Shown one piece after another: positions 1 to 12,182 of a stretch of DNA of 20,000 nt; within the stretch, counting starts at the first letter, position 1, and each line of letters starts with the position of its first letter. The stretch lies in assembly GCF_004010195.1 (NCBI RefSeq), contig NC_057753.1:3071162-3091161 (forward strand), in the 5' to 3' direction. Source of the stretch: Chiloscyllium plagiosum. Lineage: Eukaryota. A program made the position numbers and the translations under genes. A model generated the notes under the pieces. The model had not been told where the DNA came from, ran no database searches, and was given only the letters and a program-made list of their open reading frames with translations.

Positions 1-43
1 TCGTACATGCAACTTAGAATAACCTCGTAATCATTGGACAATT

Positions 44-340
44 GCCACGGTGGCACGGTGGTTATTACTGCTGCCTCACAGTGCTAGAGACCCGGGTTCA
101 ATTCCCGCCTCAGGTGAATGTCTGTGTGGAGTTTGCACATTTTCCCCGTGTCTGCGCGTGTTTCCTCCTGGTGCTCCGGTTTCCTCCCACAGTCCAAAGA
201 TGTGCAGGTTAGGTGAATTGGCCATGCTAAATTGCCAGTAGTGTTAGGTGTAGGGGAATGGGGCTGGGTGGGTTGTGCTTCGGCGGGTCAGTGTGGACTT
301 GTTGGGCCGAAGGGCCAGTTTCCACACTAAGTAATCCAAT
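44..340 (+). mobile_element. HE1-like tRNA-derived V-SINE, near full length
   Basis: Pol III A box (TGGCACGGTGG) and B box (GGTTCAATTCC), central V-domain-like TGTGTGGAGTTTGCAC...GGTTTCCTCCCACAGTCCAAAGA, LINE-like 3' tail GGGCCGAAGGGCCAGTTTCC; related copies at 8702, 9090, 12792 and 16717. Confidence 0.9.
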
Positions 341-384
341 CCTGGAGGAATCCCCGCTTGCGTTCCCATAGCACCCATGGGGTT

Positions 385-505
385 TTGGAGCCTGGAGCAA
401 AGCTTCCATGTAACTACCCCTCTGCCTGAGGCAGTGCAATGACTGCAACTCAGCTTCTAGCTCCTTGGCTCAGTTCTGCAGTTGCTTGAGCAGTGAACAT
501 TTGCT
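385..505 (-). mobile_element. Decayed CR1-like LINE ORF1 fragment
   Basis: Minus strand reads SKCSLLKQLQN*AKELEAELQSLHCLRQRGSYMEALLQ, resembling the Cys/coiled-coil start of CR1 ORF1 (recognised from memory); contains a stop. Confidence 0.5.
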
Positions 506-1032
506 ATTTAGGTATTAGATGCAGATCACCTAGATATCCAAAACAATTGCTACAGCTAGAAATCAAACAAGAAAAAGACATGAGTTGGGAGAAGGGGCCA
601 CTCCCCTTCCATTGTAAAACTGAATTGTTCTTGCCTCTGATTTATGACCACTTTTCAAACAGCATGCTTTGTTAAATTACTTTGTTAAAGTGACAGCATC
701 ATCACAACTGTGCTCCTGTTAATGCCAGAGAAGTTTAAAGGGGCAGATGCCTTTTTTTAATGCACAATTTTACACTAATCATGCACTTTGATGGGTTTCA
801 CTATTTGTTTTCAGGTCTTATGCTTTTGATCTGTTAAATGCTTCACCTGAATGGCTGTGTTAAAGCAAGGAAATCAATACCCATAACACACGCCTTAATT
901 ATTGAAGTTGTGCCACATTTCAAAATGCATATTTAACACAGCATCTTGAAAAATTAGCTATTTTGTTGGACTTCAATAGTCATATCCACAATCTGTTATA
1001 ACTTTATATCTCTGTCTCTCTATCTATTACAG

Positions 1033-1958
1033 CTAACCTGGCAGTAATTGTGATCCTGTCTCAACGGAGATGTGGTCTATCTGGATGTATCATTTATTAC
1101 ATCATGTCCATAGCAGTGGCAGATCTTCTGGTTATGGTCATGACCGTAATATTAAACCGGATTGCTGGGATATATTTTCCATACAGCTTCCTGTCCATCA
1201 CACCAGTATGCAGTGTACGCAATGCTTTAAATATGGCAGCTACGGATAGTTCTGCCTGGCTGACAGTCGTTTTCACCTTTGACCGATTTGTGGCCATTTC
1301 TTGCCAGAACCTGAAAATAAAATATTGCACCAAGAAGGTGGCAGCGTGGGTTATAGGAATTGCATGTGCATTGACCTGCCTAAAAAATATCTTCAGGTGC
1401 TTTCAATTTGAACCGAGGTACATAATTAAAGGCATACCCTGGTTCTGTGACATAAAATCAATATATTATACTTCACCAGCATGGACTGCATATGACTGGA
1501 TTCGACCCACTTTAAACCCTTGTCTCCCATTCATTTTGATTTTCCTGCTTAATGCCCTGACCGTCAGACACATTCTCGTGGCTAACAGAGCCCGTAAGAG
1601 ACTTCGGAATCAGAGAATTGAAGAGAATCAGAGTGACCCAGAGGTAGAGAAGCGCAAAAAGTCCATTATTTTACTTTTTGCCATCTCAGGCAGCTTCATC
1701 CTGTTGAATTTATTGTATTTTGTAACAATCCTTTATGTCCGAATTGTGAATTCTACTTATTCCTCAGTTTCTGACTTCAATAATTCCACATTTGTTCTCC
1801 AACAGAGTGGATTTATGCTTCTGTTATTGAGCTCTTGCACCAACCCATTTATTTATGCTGGGACACAACGTAAATTCAGAGACGAGTTAAAGAATGTGAT
1901 TAAATATCCAAAGATCCTATTTTTTAAAACTGTGAAACTGGAAAATAGAAAACTCTAA
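1033..1958 (+). CDS. Class A orphan GPCR, GPR139/GPR142-like; final coding exon (end of TM1 to C-terminus)
   Basis: Pyrimidine tract plus acceptor TATTACAG|CT at 1032/1033, phase 1, giving (A)NLAVIVILS. Contains IAVADLL (TM2), TPVC (C3.25), FTFDRFVAI (DRY-like), PWFC (ECL2 Cys), NPFIY (NPxxY) and stop TAA at 1956-1958. The GTG at 1050 is not the true start; exon 1 was not found. Confidence 0.9.
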
Positions 1959-2990
1959 CATGAACTATTCATTCTCTCTTTCTTTCTCTTTTCCTGAGGA
2001 ACACCATTTGAAATCTGAATGGACGCAGGGTACTTAAGTATATGTCAGAAGTTGTGTAAATTTCAGTCTTGTAAAATGCTCCCAGATAGAATTCAGCTCT
2101 CCCACCTGTTCTGATTCAGGTTTTGCTCATTCCCAATTCCTAATTGTCCTTCTCAAACTAGATTTTGACCTGCCCTGTGCTCATTCCTCAATTGGGAATA
2201 TTTAAACGTGCAACACCATTGCAAACATCGCTGACAGCTCACACGCTGCAACGTCTACGTTTGCAGCTTGATGAAGATTCCAAGCTGTTGTTTCACTCAT
2301 CAGTCATCAGTCATTGGCTACATGCATTATTGCCTCTACTACCCCACAGCATCTAAGGTATTGCTAATGGTCACGTTCACATTGTTTAACCAGAGTGCAC
2401 ACAACCTAAACCTTACAGGGAGGCATTCTGTGAAACAGATCTAAGCTGCAGATTAAGCAGCTTTGCAGTTTCTCGTCAAGAATCATACAACAGACTCATG
2501 CAAAACCACAAGTGACAGCACCTTGCAAAACGACTTAGGACACATAACTTTACACTGCTGAGAACCACCAAAGTTTTAACTGTGGCTCCTTGTAGTCACT
2601 AATTCTGGGTGGCAGAATTTTTCTATGTCGTTACTTGTGCAATATCTTCACAAAAGGTCACTTTCATCAGAGACAATTTTCTGCAGTAAAACGTTTAAAG
2701 ATGGCACACAAATGACCCGCACAGCCAAAGCCATCAGTCGTTGCTGTGAGCTTGAACATGATACAGACAGTGCAGTGAAACAAACTGCTCATGTTCAACT
2801 TCCTTTTCCAAAACACACGAGCAAGATTACTGTGACTCCTGTGAGTATCACAAGGCAACGCCTGATGGGCATTCCTCAGTTAACAAAAAAACTGACTCAT
2901 GGCAAATCCTAAACACTTTCATGTTGTATCTCGTTTTGTTTCTGCCCCTGCCTCCCCACCTCTTCACACGCAGGTCTTAGTCAAGTATTT

Positions 2991-3680
2991 AGAACATAGA
3001 ACATAGAACATTACAGTGCAGTACAGGCCTTCGGCCCTCGATGTTGCGCCGACCTGTGGAACCAATCTGAAGCCCATCTATCCGACTCAATTCTATTTTC
3101 ACATTTCATATGGAATATGGAATATGTTTATCTAGTGACCATTGAAATGCCCTGAAAGTTGGTGAGTCTGCTGCAGTTGCAGGCAGTGCGTACCACGCCC
3201 TTACTATTCTCTGAGAAAAGAAACTACCTCTGATATCTGTCCTATATCTATCACCACTCAATTTAAAGTGATGTTCCCTCGTGCTAGCCATCACCATCCG
3301 AGGAAAATGGCTCTCACTGTCCACCCTATCTAACCCTTTGATTATCCTCTATGTTTCAATTGTCTCCATCAACGTTCTTCTCTCCAGTGAAAACAGCCTC
3401 AAGTCCCTCAGCCTTTGCACATAACACCTTCCTGCCATTAACAGGCAATATCCTGGTACATCTCCTCTGCACCTTCTCCAAAGCTTCCACATCCCTCCGA
3501 TACTGTGGTGACCAGAACTGCACATAATACTCCAAGTGTGGTGCACCGGAGTTTTGTACAGCTGCAGCGTGACCTCGTGGCTCCGAAACTCAAGCCCACT
3601 ATCAATAAAATCTAACATACCCTATGCATTCTTAACAACCTTATCAACCTGGGTGGCAACTTTCAGGGACGTTGCTCGAT
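2991..3680 (-). mobile_element. CR1-like LINE 3' fragment (RT C-terminus, 3' UTR, short-repeat tail)
   Basis: Repeated AGAACAT tail at the left end; frameshifted minus-strand peptides EFRSHEVTLQLYKT, LRLFSLERR and GSFFSQRIVRAW. Confidence 0.85.
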
Positions 3681-4291
3681 GAAAACCCAATGTGAAACTT
3701 TACTTTGAAAATGGGGAGCAGGGTTCCAAGATGCAAGGCATTAAGAAGTGAGCTGTTTATAGATGGAAAGTTAAAGAGACATGAAGTTATAATGCCCTTG
3801 AACTTCCATACTGATACTGGGAATGTGCACTCTGTCCATCTTCCCCAGATAACATCTCCTTCCACATTTGTACACATTATTGGGCTATGACATTGTAACA
3901 TTTTCTCACTGGATTTCAATGTGAGGCAAGTAGAATTACAGTTATTTCATGCTGTGCAGCACTTCAACTCCAAGACAGTGCAACACAGGCTGTGGAACAA
4001 CTTCTGTTTCAACGTGTTCAGCTGCAGGAAGGGGTGTGCACCATTTCAAGGGTCACTGAATCAGTCTGATTCCGATTTTGGTTTTAGAAATGACAGGAAA
4101 ACATCCCACTGAATTTGATCATCGTCTTAACTTTAAAAAGCTGAGATGGTATATTTCATTTGGAGTGAGTAGTAAAATGAGAAAATGGCTGTGGTTGAAA
4201 CCACTATTGTATTGGAAACTCCAAATGATAGAGTTCTGGCACAGAAAGAGGTAATTCCACAAGGTGCGTTACTTTGAAAGAACAGTTGAGA

Positions 4292-4915
4292 CATAAAACG
4301 TAAGAACATTCGAAAAGATCATGGCCAGTCTTTTTGTAGACGCAGCTCCACTTACCTGCCAACTCATCGCTATCCTTAATACCTTTACTCTTCAAAAATC
4401 TATCTATCTTTGTCTTAAAAATATTCAATGAGGTAGCTTCACCTGCCTTCTTGAGCTGGGAGTTGCTCAGATTCACAACCCTTTGGGTGAAGACGTTCCT
4501 CCTCAACTAAGTTCTAAATCTGCTCCCTCTTAATTTTGAGGCTATGACCCCTCGTTCTAGTTTTCCCACCAGTGGAAATAACCTCCCTGTTTCTATGTTA
4601 TCTACTTGCTTCGTAATTTTATCTGTTTCTTATAAGAACCTCCCTCCTTCTCCTATTGTCCCAGCCTTCTCAATCGCTCTTCATAAGCCAACACTGTCAA
4701 CTCTGGAATGAATCCAGTCAAACTTCTCTGCACTCGCTCTAGCGCCAGCACATCTTTTCTCAAGTAAGGAGACCAAAACTACACAGTACTCCAAGTGTGG
4801 CCTCATCAGAATCTACACAACTGCAGCATAACCTCCCTGTTTTCAAACTCGATCGCTCTGAAGTACAATATTCCCTTTGCCTTCTTAGTTACCTGCTGCA
4901 CCTGCAAACCGACTG
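4292..4915 (-). mobile_element. Older CR1-like LINE 3' fragment
   Basis: Minus-strand peptide RRNVFTQRVVNL...ATSLNIFKTKIDRFL, typical of the CR1 ORF2 C-terminus; CCACACTTGGAGTACTGTGTAGTTTTGGTCTCC (PHLEYCV.FWSP-like). Confidence 0.8.
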
Positions 4916-5269
4916 GTTTTTCTTGCCTTGTTGATCGAGAGTGATATTTGTAGCAATGTTAACAGCAGGAAGTTAAATCTTTCACATTATTACCGAGTAT
5001 TTGCCTTGTACCACTAGCTATACATTCGCTATATTGTGTGTTTCCAATCCATTGCAACCTTTCTTTTCATGCCATCATTCCATCTTTAATTTGTGTTATG
5101 GTTTAACAAGATGTGGCCATCACTGGCCAAAGCCAGCATTTTATTCTCCATCCCTCATTTGCCTGGAGAAAGTGGAGATAATCTGCCTTATTGGATCACT
5201 TCAGTCCTTGTGTTCAGGTTCCTGAGTGATTGCATGTGACATTTGCAGTTCTGGTGCGAAGCATCGATG

Positions 5270-5500
5270 TTGAGAGTGTGGTGCTGGAAAAGCACAGTAG
5301 GTCAGGCAACATCCGAGGAGCAGGAAAGTGGACCTTTCAGGTGGGAGCCCGTCATCAAGAATGAGGCCTCATTCGTGATGAAGGGCTCGGGCCCGAAAGG
5401 TCGTTTCTCCTGCTCCTCGTATGCTGCCTGACCTGCTGTGCTTTTCCAGCAACACACTCTCCAACTCTGATCTCCAGCATCTGCAGTCCTCACTATCTCC
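5270..5500. mobile_element. Palindromic Penelope-like terminal-repeat insertion (family A) with degenerate hammerhead cores
   Basis: ~96 bp inverted arms meeting without a spacer at GAATGAGG|CCTCATTC (5366/5367); candidate TSD 5255-5269 / 5501-5515; homologous to 15244, 15489 and 18835. Confidence 0.75.
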
Positions 5501-5613
5501 TGTGAAGCATCAACACCAACTCCACTGATTCTGGTCGACCTATTGTCCCTTTTAAATTTCCAATCAGTAGGAAATGTATGTTCCTTTCAACATTTGCACA
5601 AAATGAATAAATC

Positions 5614-5685
5614 TTCACTGACTGAAGCCAGGAATCGCGCCCTGGTGGCTAAAACACCAAATCCTAGTCACTATGGCACCAGAGA
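5614..5685 (-). pseudogene. Degenerate tRNA-Glu-like pseudogene
   Basis: Reverse complement TCTCTGGTGCCATAGTGACTAGGATTTGGTGTTTTAGCCACC...CGATTCCTGG...GTCAGTGAA aligns with vertebrate tRNA-Glu (TCCCTGGTGGTCTAGTGGCTAGGATTCGGCGCTTTCACCGCC...GTCAGGGAA); the anticodon and T arms are disrupted. Confidence 0.65.
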
Positions 5686-8024
5686 AACTGTCTCTAAGCT
5701 TTAACACTTGACTTGCCTGCACTAACTTTCCCATTTCCTCTTTCATTTCCACCATTTTCACCAGAGACAATTTTCTCTGACAAAATGGCATGTTTAAGTA
5801 GAACACAAGCAATTCCCTCAGTTAATTACACCCATTGCTTTGAGCGTATCGGTAATGCCAACGCTTTTCCTCCTTTCGGACAGTTCCTAATACCTACAGT
5901 CTTTGCCCAAGCTTTTACTTAACTCACCAGAAATGTGTGTCGATGTCAAACTGTGCGTCGGGGCAGCACCATAGGATTTTTCATGAGGCTAAATGAGCTG
6001 CATCAATTTGAATTGTTATCAGACAGAAACAGAAAGAGACAAAATCATCTCTTGCACCTTTTTATAAGGAGATTCTTCAACAGGCGTTTTCTTACTATCT
6101 ACTATGCCCAATACACCAGAAATTTGGAGACTTCAGTCAGAATACAACCTTCTGTTTGCAGGGGACATTAGTTCCAACTATTCATAGTTGTCCACAGAGT
6201 GAAGCTGCCTTATCCCTGCTAATAGCCTTCTTAATCTTCTATGGAAAATCTCTCAGGCCTTTCCATTTTTCCAGATGGTTAGTGCCTAACTGGATGCAAT
6301 ACTTTGTTTGAAGCAAGCTACTGCTCAATATTCGTTCAAAATAAAATCTTTGCAAATGTTCTCAATGCCTCAGTTTTCAAAGTCTGCAATGCAGTATCCC
6401 TCATTCATCCTGGTCACAATGTATCATGGTACATTCACATTTTCGTTCAAATATACATGCCAGAAGCCTCTGTTTATGCAATATCTTTGTAGTCACATGT
6501 GTTATGTCACATTGATTCATTGTGTTTTTCAAAAATATTGAAATACTTCACAGTTCTCTGAATTAAATTTCATATCCCTCTTGACATCTATTCTGAGAAT
6601 CTCTTTATAATCGCTTTGGTGTTCTACTCGATGAACGCACTCATCAACATATCAGAGTGCCTTACTGTACACAGATTTTCCTGTTGCACCAAATTCAGGT
6701 CATCTCGAAATACCAAGTAAGCAGGGTCCTATAATTTGAACCATGAGGGTCTCCACTATAACATTGCATCCAGTTGGGTAAGTGAAAAGAAACTCGGCTT
6801 GCTGAATAACACAATCCCACCAGTAATGGGAATTCAAGTTTAAAATAATCATAGAAAATGCTGTAAATTAACAGAATCTTGGGCAGCACATGAGCAGCTA
6901 GAATAGGTTTTACATTTCATCTTGTGACATTCAGCCATACCTCTTACTTATCTTAGTTTTACGTTTTCTCTGAAACCGTTTAATACGAAGGCTCACGCAG
7001 AAAAATAGAAGTGATTCAGTAGCCCAAAAACAAATACGCTTCATTCACCACAGGAGAAAAAGAAATCTAATCTCAAAAGTAACCCATTCGGCTGTTCATT
7101 ATTTTACATTATTGCACCATCATGATTACCTTTTGGAAATATAGCAGCACTGACCAAGTTTGTAACAATTTTAATTTTATTAACAATCACTAGGGGGAGT
7201 CATTTCTACCCAGAAAGTACACAATGAGAAAGAAATGAAACGCAGAAGAGAGGGGGTAAAAACAGATTTGGTGTTAGATGCATGTTAAAGAGGGTGAAAG
7301 AAACAGACAAATTACCATAGAGAACCATGCTGACACAACAAGGAAGCAGAAACTATGTGTGACTGTGGAACCTGTGCATCTCGTCGCTTTGTTTGGTGCA
7401 TATTTAAACAATGGAAAGGTTTACACAGGTATGACATGTTGCACAGTTCAATTCTCATTTGTCCAGTTCTCCATAAAAATAGGCAGCAAAATGTAATAGG
7501 CTGTGAATGAGAGGACAGTAACATTTTTTTAATCCCACAAGTGTTTCCAAATGTATTTGAGAATGACTTCCTGAAGTTTCACAGTAGCCACAAAATATAT
7601 TTGAATTATTCCAGTAATTGCCTACCAGAAGAGGCACTCACTTCTTGGCTCATATCTTACGCATAAAGATACTAACAACTCCGTTAACCAGCCATGTCGT
7701 AGCTCTCAGTCTCTTGCTTCCTTCTCCAGTGAAACATTGCAACTCGTAATTTAATGGCATTTGGTATCACTGTAGATTGTCCTTTATAGGGGAAAAACAA
7801 AGCTTTCACATTCGCAGCTGCCTGAACTACGAGGTGCAAAGTGAGATGATGAGAAATCGGAGAGAGTGAAAAGGGGACCTCATCAGAAGAAAATATCAAA
7901 AATGGAACTGACAAAACTAATGGGAGGCCACGCAAAGACATTGGCACAAACATGAAACATCTATTCACAAGCATTCAACAACACGCAGACACTCAAAAGT
8001 AAATGTGTACCTTTATGATTTTGA

Positions 8025-8281
8025 TATTTTTCCTTGGATAGTGATGGCGAACATGAGTGGACATGGCTTTAAACTGAGGAGTATTAGATAGTAGTAAGGG
8101 TGTGGAATGCACTGCCTGCAACAGTAGGACACTCGCCAACGTTAAGGGCATTTAAATGATCATTGGATAAACATATGGATTAGAATGGAATAATGTAGGA
8201 TAGATAGGCTTCAGATTGGTCCTACAGGTCAGCACAACATCGAGGGCCAAAGGGCCTGGACTGCACTGTAAAGTTCTATGT
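8025..8281 (+). mobile_element. CR1-like LINE 3' end, same subfamily as 2991-3330
   Basis: GTAGTAAGGGTGTGGAATGCACTGCCTGCAACAG...CAACATCGAGGGCCAAAGGGCCTG...GTTCTATGT matches the reverse complement of 3000-3210; has an internal deletion. Confidence 0.8.
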
Positions 8282-8527
8282 AGATGATAATGAATATTAC
8301 TTATCAGAATTTGCAGTTGCTGTGGTGCTGTAAATTAAATATAATGTACACATTTTGATATAACACTTTTGTATTTAGTGGCACTATTATAAACGTTGCA
8401 ACTAACATCCAGAAAGTAACAAATATTTCCATGTTTGTTTGACATTGTAATGACTCTGGCTTATGTCACAATGGGTTAAATGTTCTAAATATCAAGCCGA
8501 CAAATTAAGAGTTAAATATTTCTGAAT

Positions 8528-8695
8528 TAGAGTCATAGAGTCATAGAGATGTACAGCACGGAAACAGACCCTTCGGTCCAACCCGTCCATGCCGACCAGA
8601 TATCCCAACCCAATCTAGTCCCACCTGCCAGCACTCGGCCCATATCCCTCCAAACCCTTCCTATTCATATATCCATCCAAATGCCTCTTAAATGA
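8528..8695 (-). mobile_element. HER1-like (CR1 clade) LINE, 5'-truncated 3' end
   Basis: (TAGAGTCA)2 tail; nearly identical to the reverse complement of 16243-16398. Confidence 0.88.
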
Positions 8696-8701
8696 ACCGA
8701 G

Positions 8702-8880
8702 CATTATGGGCAATTTAGCATGGCCAATTCACCCTAACCTGCACATCTTTAGACCGTGGGAGGAAACCAGAGCACCCAGAGGAAACCCACGCGGACACGG
8801 AGAGAATGTGCAAACTCCACACAGACAGTCGCCCGAGGCTGCAATCAAACCAGGGACCCTGGTTCTGTGAGGCAGCAATG
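8702..8880 (-). mobile_element. HE1-like SINE, 5' and central part
   Basis: Reverse-complement match to about 65-245. Confidence 0.85.
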
Positions 8881-8955
8881 TCACCATTCAGTATTAATAG
8901 CAGGCTGCCAAATTCAAGTGTAAAATTTGCATCTCATATGTTCTTCCCTTCTTCA

Positions 8956-9050
8956 CTTCTGATGGAGCAATACTGGACTCAAAATGCTAACTCTGCTCTC
9001 CTGCCACAAACACTGCCAGACCCATTAATTTCCTCCTGCAATTTCTCTTT
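8956..9050 (+). mobile_element. Highly decayed Penelope-like terminal-repeat remnant
   Basis: CTGATGG...GACTCAAAATGCTAACTCTG...ACTGCCAGACC resembles the CTGANGA...GAAACG...GATGCTGCCTGACC layout; similar to 14255-14345. Confidence 0.4.
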
Positions 9051-9089
9051 TTCTTTTCCCCTTTGTTGTGTCAACCTTTCCTAATTCCA

Positions 9090-9385
9090 ATTCATAGTCT
9101 CTCATGGAAAGAAACCATTTGGCCCAACAGATCTGCACTGAACCTCTGAAGAGCATCCCACCGTGTCCTCTAAACCCCACATTTACCAAGGCCTACCCAC
9201 CTCGACTGCAAATCCCTGGACGCTATGGTGAAATTTAGTATGGTCAATCCATCTAAACTGTACATTTTTGGACTGTAGGAGGAAACTAATGCAGGCACAG
9301 GGAAAATGTGCAAAGTGACCCAAGGCTGAAATTGACCACAGGACCCTGGCGCTGTGAAGTAGCAGTGCTAACTACACTGCCACCT
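9090..9385 (-). mobile_element. Older decayed HE1-like SINE
   Basis: AATTTAGTATGGTCAATCCATCTAAACTGTACATTTTTGGACTGTAGGAGGAAAC and GGACCCTGGCGCTGTGAAGTAGCAGTGCTAAC match the reverse complement of the SINE at 44-340, with deletions. Confidence 0.75.
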
Positions 9386-9504
9386 ATTCATAGGAGCTAA
9401 CTTTATTTGTCACTGTTTATCATATCTGTTCACTTCATGTTTCATTTCTCCCAGACAATTGGTATTTCTTTTGATACTCACCTCAAGATTTGGATTGATC
9501 TTTT

Positions 9505-10670
9505 TTGTGGTCACGTGTGTCAAAGTACATTGAAAAGCTTTGTTTTGTGAGTAATACAGGCAGACCACAGCAAACAAGGACACACAGATCAGAGGTGCTT
9601 AGACAGAGAGAGGAATACAAGGTTACGATCGCGCAGGTGTACAAAGCAAGATCACCATTTGCAAGATCAACATTATTTGAAGTTAGAGAGGTCCATTCAG
9701 CAGTCTAATAACAGTGGGGAAGAAGCTGTTCCTGAACCTGTTAGTGTGTGTGTTCCAGCTTCTGTATCTTCTGCCCCTGACGGGAGAGTTTGGAAGACAG
9801 CATTACTGGGGTGGGAGGGGTCTCTGATGATGTTAGCAGCTTTTCCGTGCAAGAAGAAGTACAAATGGAGTTCTTGGATGGGAGGTTGGCTTCGGTGAGG
9901 GTCTGGGATATGCACATAACTTTCTTCCAGTCCTGGGCAGAGCAGCTGCCATACCAGGCCATTATGCACTAGATGGTGCATCCGTAAAGGTTGGTGAAGG
10001 TTCTTTTGCACATGCCTAATTTCCTCAGCCACCTGAGGCAGGAGTCGCACTACTGCATCTTCTTGATCATTGTAATTGCATGGGAGATCCAGGACAGATC
10101 ATCGGTTATGGTCACTCCTAGGAACGTAACACTCCCAACCCTCTCCACCTCAGCTTCCTTGACATGGGTAGGGTGATGTTCTCCTCCTTTCTTCCTGAAG
10201 TCAATAATCAGCTATTTTGTTTCACTGACATTGAGAGAGAGGTGGTTGTCATTGCACCATGACACGAAACCCTCCATCTCCTTCCTGGACTCTGACTCAT
10301 CAATGTTTGATAGCCATCCAACCACAGTGTTGCTATCAGCAAACTTGTGGATGGTGTTCATGTGCAATTTGGCAATACAGTCATGGGTGTAACAAGGGGT
10401 ACTGTAGCAGGCTGAGAAAGCATCCTTGCGAGGTGTTAGTACTGAGTATTATTGTGGAGGAGGCACTGTTGTCTATCTTCATGGATGCCTGTGGATCGGA
10501 AACTGAGGATTCAGTGGCAGAGAAGGGAGCCATGACCTTGGTTTCATAGTTTTGAGATGAGTCTGGAAGGGATTATGGTGTTGAGGGAAGAGCTATAGTC
10601 GATGAGTGAGTTCCTGATGTCAATGTCCTTGCTGTCTAGATGTTCCAGGATGAGTGTAGGGCAAGGGAAT
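9505..10670 (-). mobile_element. Rex1/Babar-like non-LTR retrotransposon, decayed RT C-terminal region and 3' UTR
   Basis: Frameshifted minus-strand peptides such as LLRWLRKLGMCK, MAWYGSCSAQDWKK and KAANIIRDPSHPSNAVFQTLPSG are characteristic of Rex1/Babar ORF ends. Confidence 0.75.
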
Positions 10671-11641
10671 GGCCCTCCCAATTTCTTTGCTCAAAACCAG
10701 CAATCATTTTAATGCTCTCCTGCTGACCTCTGTCTTGGTGTGTATTGGTTCAAGCAAATAGGTCTGACCTTTGGATTTTCCACATGTATGTGAGTTCAAT
10801 GTGTTTTCATCCTGACTACGAGGTTTAGCTTCATTCAGTCGCCTATTTAGAGCCGCAAAGCAGACAGAATCCAAAGCTCAGCATTTGCTGTCCTCATAGT
10901 CATTCCATTATGGACTGCCCACAGAACTTCAATGTTGTTTGACCTGGTCTTCCATTTACTTCTGTGTACCATTTCCTGTGACCTGAGTTCACATCATGGT
11001 ATTCTGGGTTCATACTGCACAATGTGTTAAAATCCTAATATATTGTCATTGTCAGGCTGTGATTGCTGGCTACTTCACTGAAATCTCTGGCATTCACTCA
11101 ATAGAATAACTGTGTCACACAGTGTCACTTAAATCTGTAACACTACTGGAGGTTGTACAGGATGTCCAGAACAGTATTGTCCACCAAATAGACGATTGAC
11201 TGAAGACCCGAGGCTTGTGCCAGATGAAAATACATGGACCTTGCATACAAATGAGAAATTGAAATGATAGACAGCCTATTTCAGACCACATAGAGAAATA
11301 CATAGAGTTAGAAATATTAAGAATGGGTCTGCATACTTGATAAAATAGTGTTTAATCTGAATACGTCCAGTTGATTTGGGAAGTATTTATTTTCCATCAA
11401 CACTGCCATTTCTATGGTATCAAGTCAAATGTCTCTATTTTGTTTCAATGCCTGCATTATATGAGCGAACCTTTGAATCTGTGAGCACGAAACATTGCTA
11501 CTGTGCTGGAAAGCGGTCAGAGACAAAGAAACAATAAGGCAAAACATCCAGAAATTTCGTTCTGTTGTGAGAGTGGTTTGAAATCTGCTATGATTTTTGT
11601 TTAGTGTATTGCAGCTTTGATTTGATTCTCTTTCAGTTCAT

Positions 11642-11751
11642 CATAGAATCATTATCATACAGTCCTACAGCACGGAGGCAAGTCCTTCAGCACAAACAAT
11701 GCTTGCCAACCAAAATTACATCCACACTAACCCAATTTCCCTGCACTTGGT
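11642..11751 (-). mobile_element. Short decayed CR1-like 3' tail
   Basis: CATAGAATCAT...TACAGCACGGAGGC...CCCAATTTCCCTGCACTTGG resembles the other LINE 3' ends in the window. Confidence 0.55.
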
Positions 11752-12182
11752 TGAAAACTTCCTTTATTTAATTTTGCATGAAATACTTATTGCTGCATTT
11801 AATTTAAAATAGAAGCATTAGTCCTTTCAATAACTTGGACATCTTAATTCATTCTAATCATGGTTCTTTCCCTTTCAGTTTGTGTTATGTTTCATTCTCC
11901 AGATGTCTGTGGGCTGTGTCTGCTGCATGTAATGGGGGTATCAGTTGCTATCATTTCAACTAGCAAAGCTCTGACATTTGATCTCAGCTACAGCGGATAT
12001 CCTTGCTCCCCAGAAGCTTGCTCTGCAATTAAATTAAATCAAAGTGATTTGCCGAGGTGTGGTAGATGTACTCGGCATATTTTGTTGGCTGCAAGTAAAT
12101 TCTGTGCAACATGATTTCATTCCCTTTCATTGAATCTAGTGGTGATTGTGATACTGTCCACAGGAAGGTGCAACCTCTCCAG

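Noticed and set aside
44..115. Functional tRNA gene
   Set aside because: The A and B boxes belong to a SINE head that continues into the HE1 body; no cloverleaf.
2000..2950. Unique-looking sequence with short ORFs downstream of the GPCR
   Set aside because: No recognisable motif, repeat or splice structure; could be 3' UTR or an old transposon, but unsupported.
5700..8020. Several 60-96 aa ORFs in AT-rich sequence
   Set aside because: Lengths expected by chance, mostly non-ATG starts, no protein family signature.
11360..11430. Possible first exon of the GPCR pseudogene (IYFP-like peptide)
   Set aside because: Similarity too weak and no convincing splice donor.
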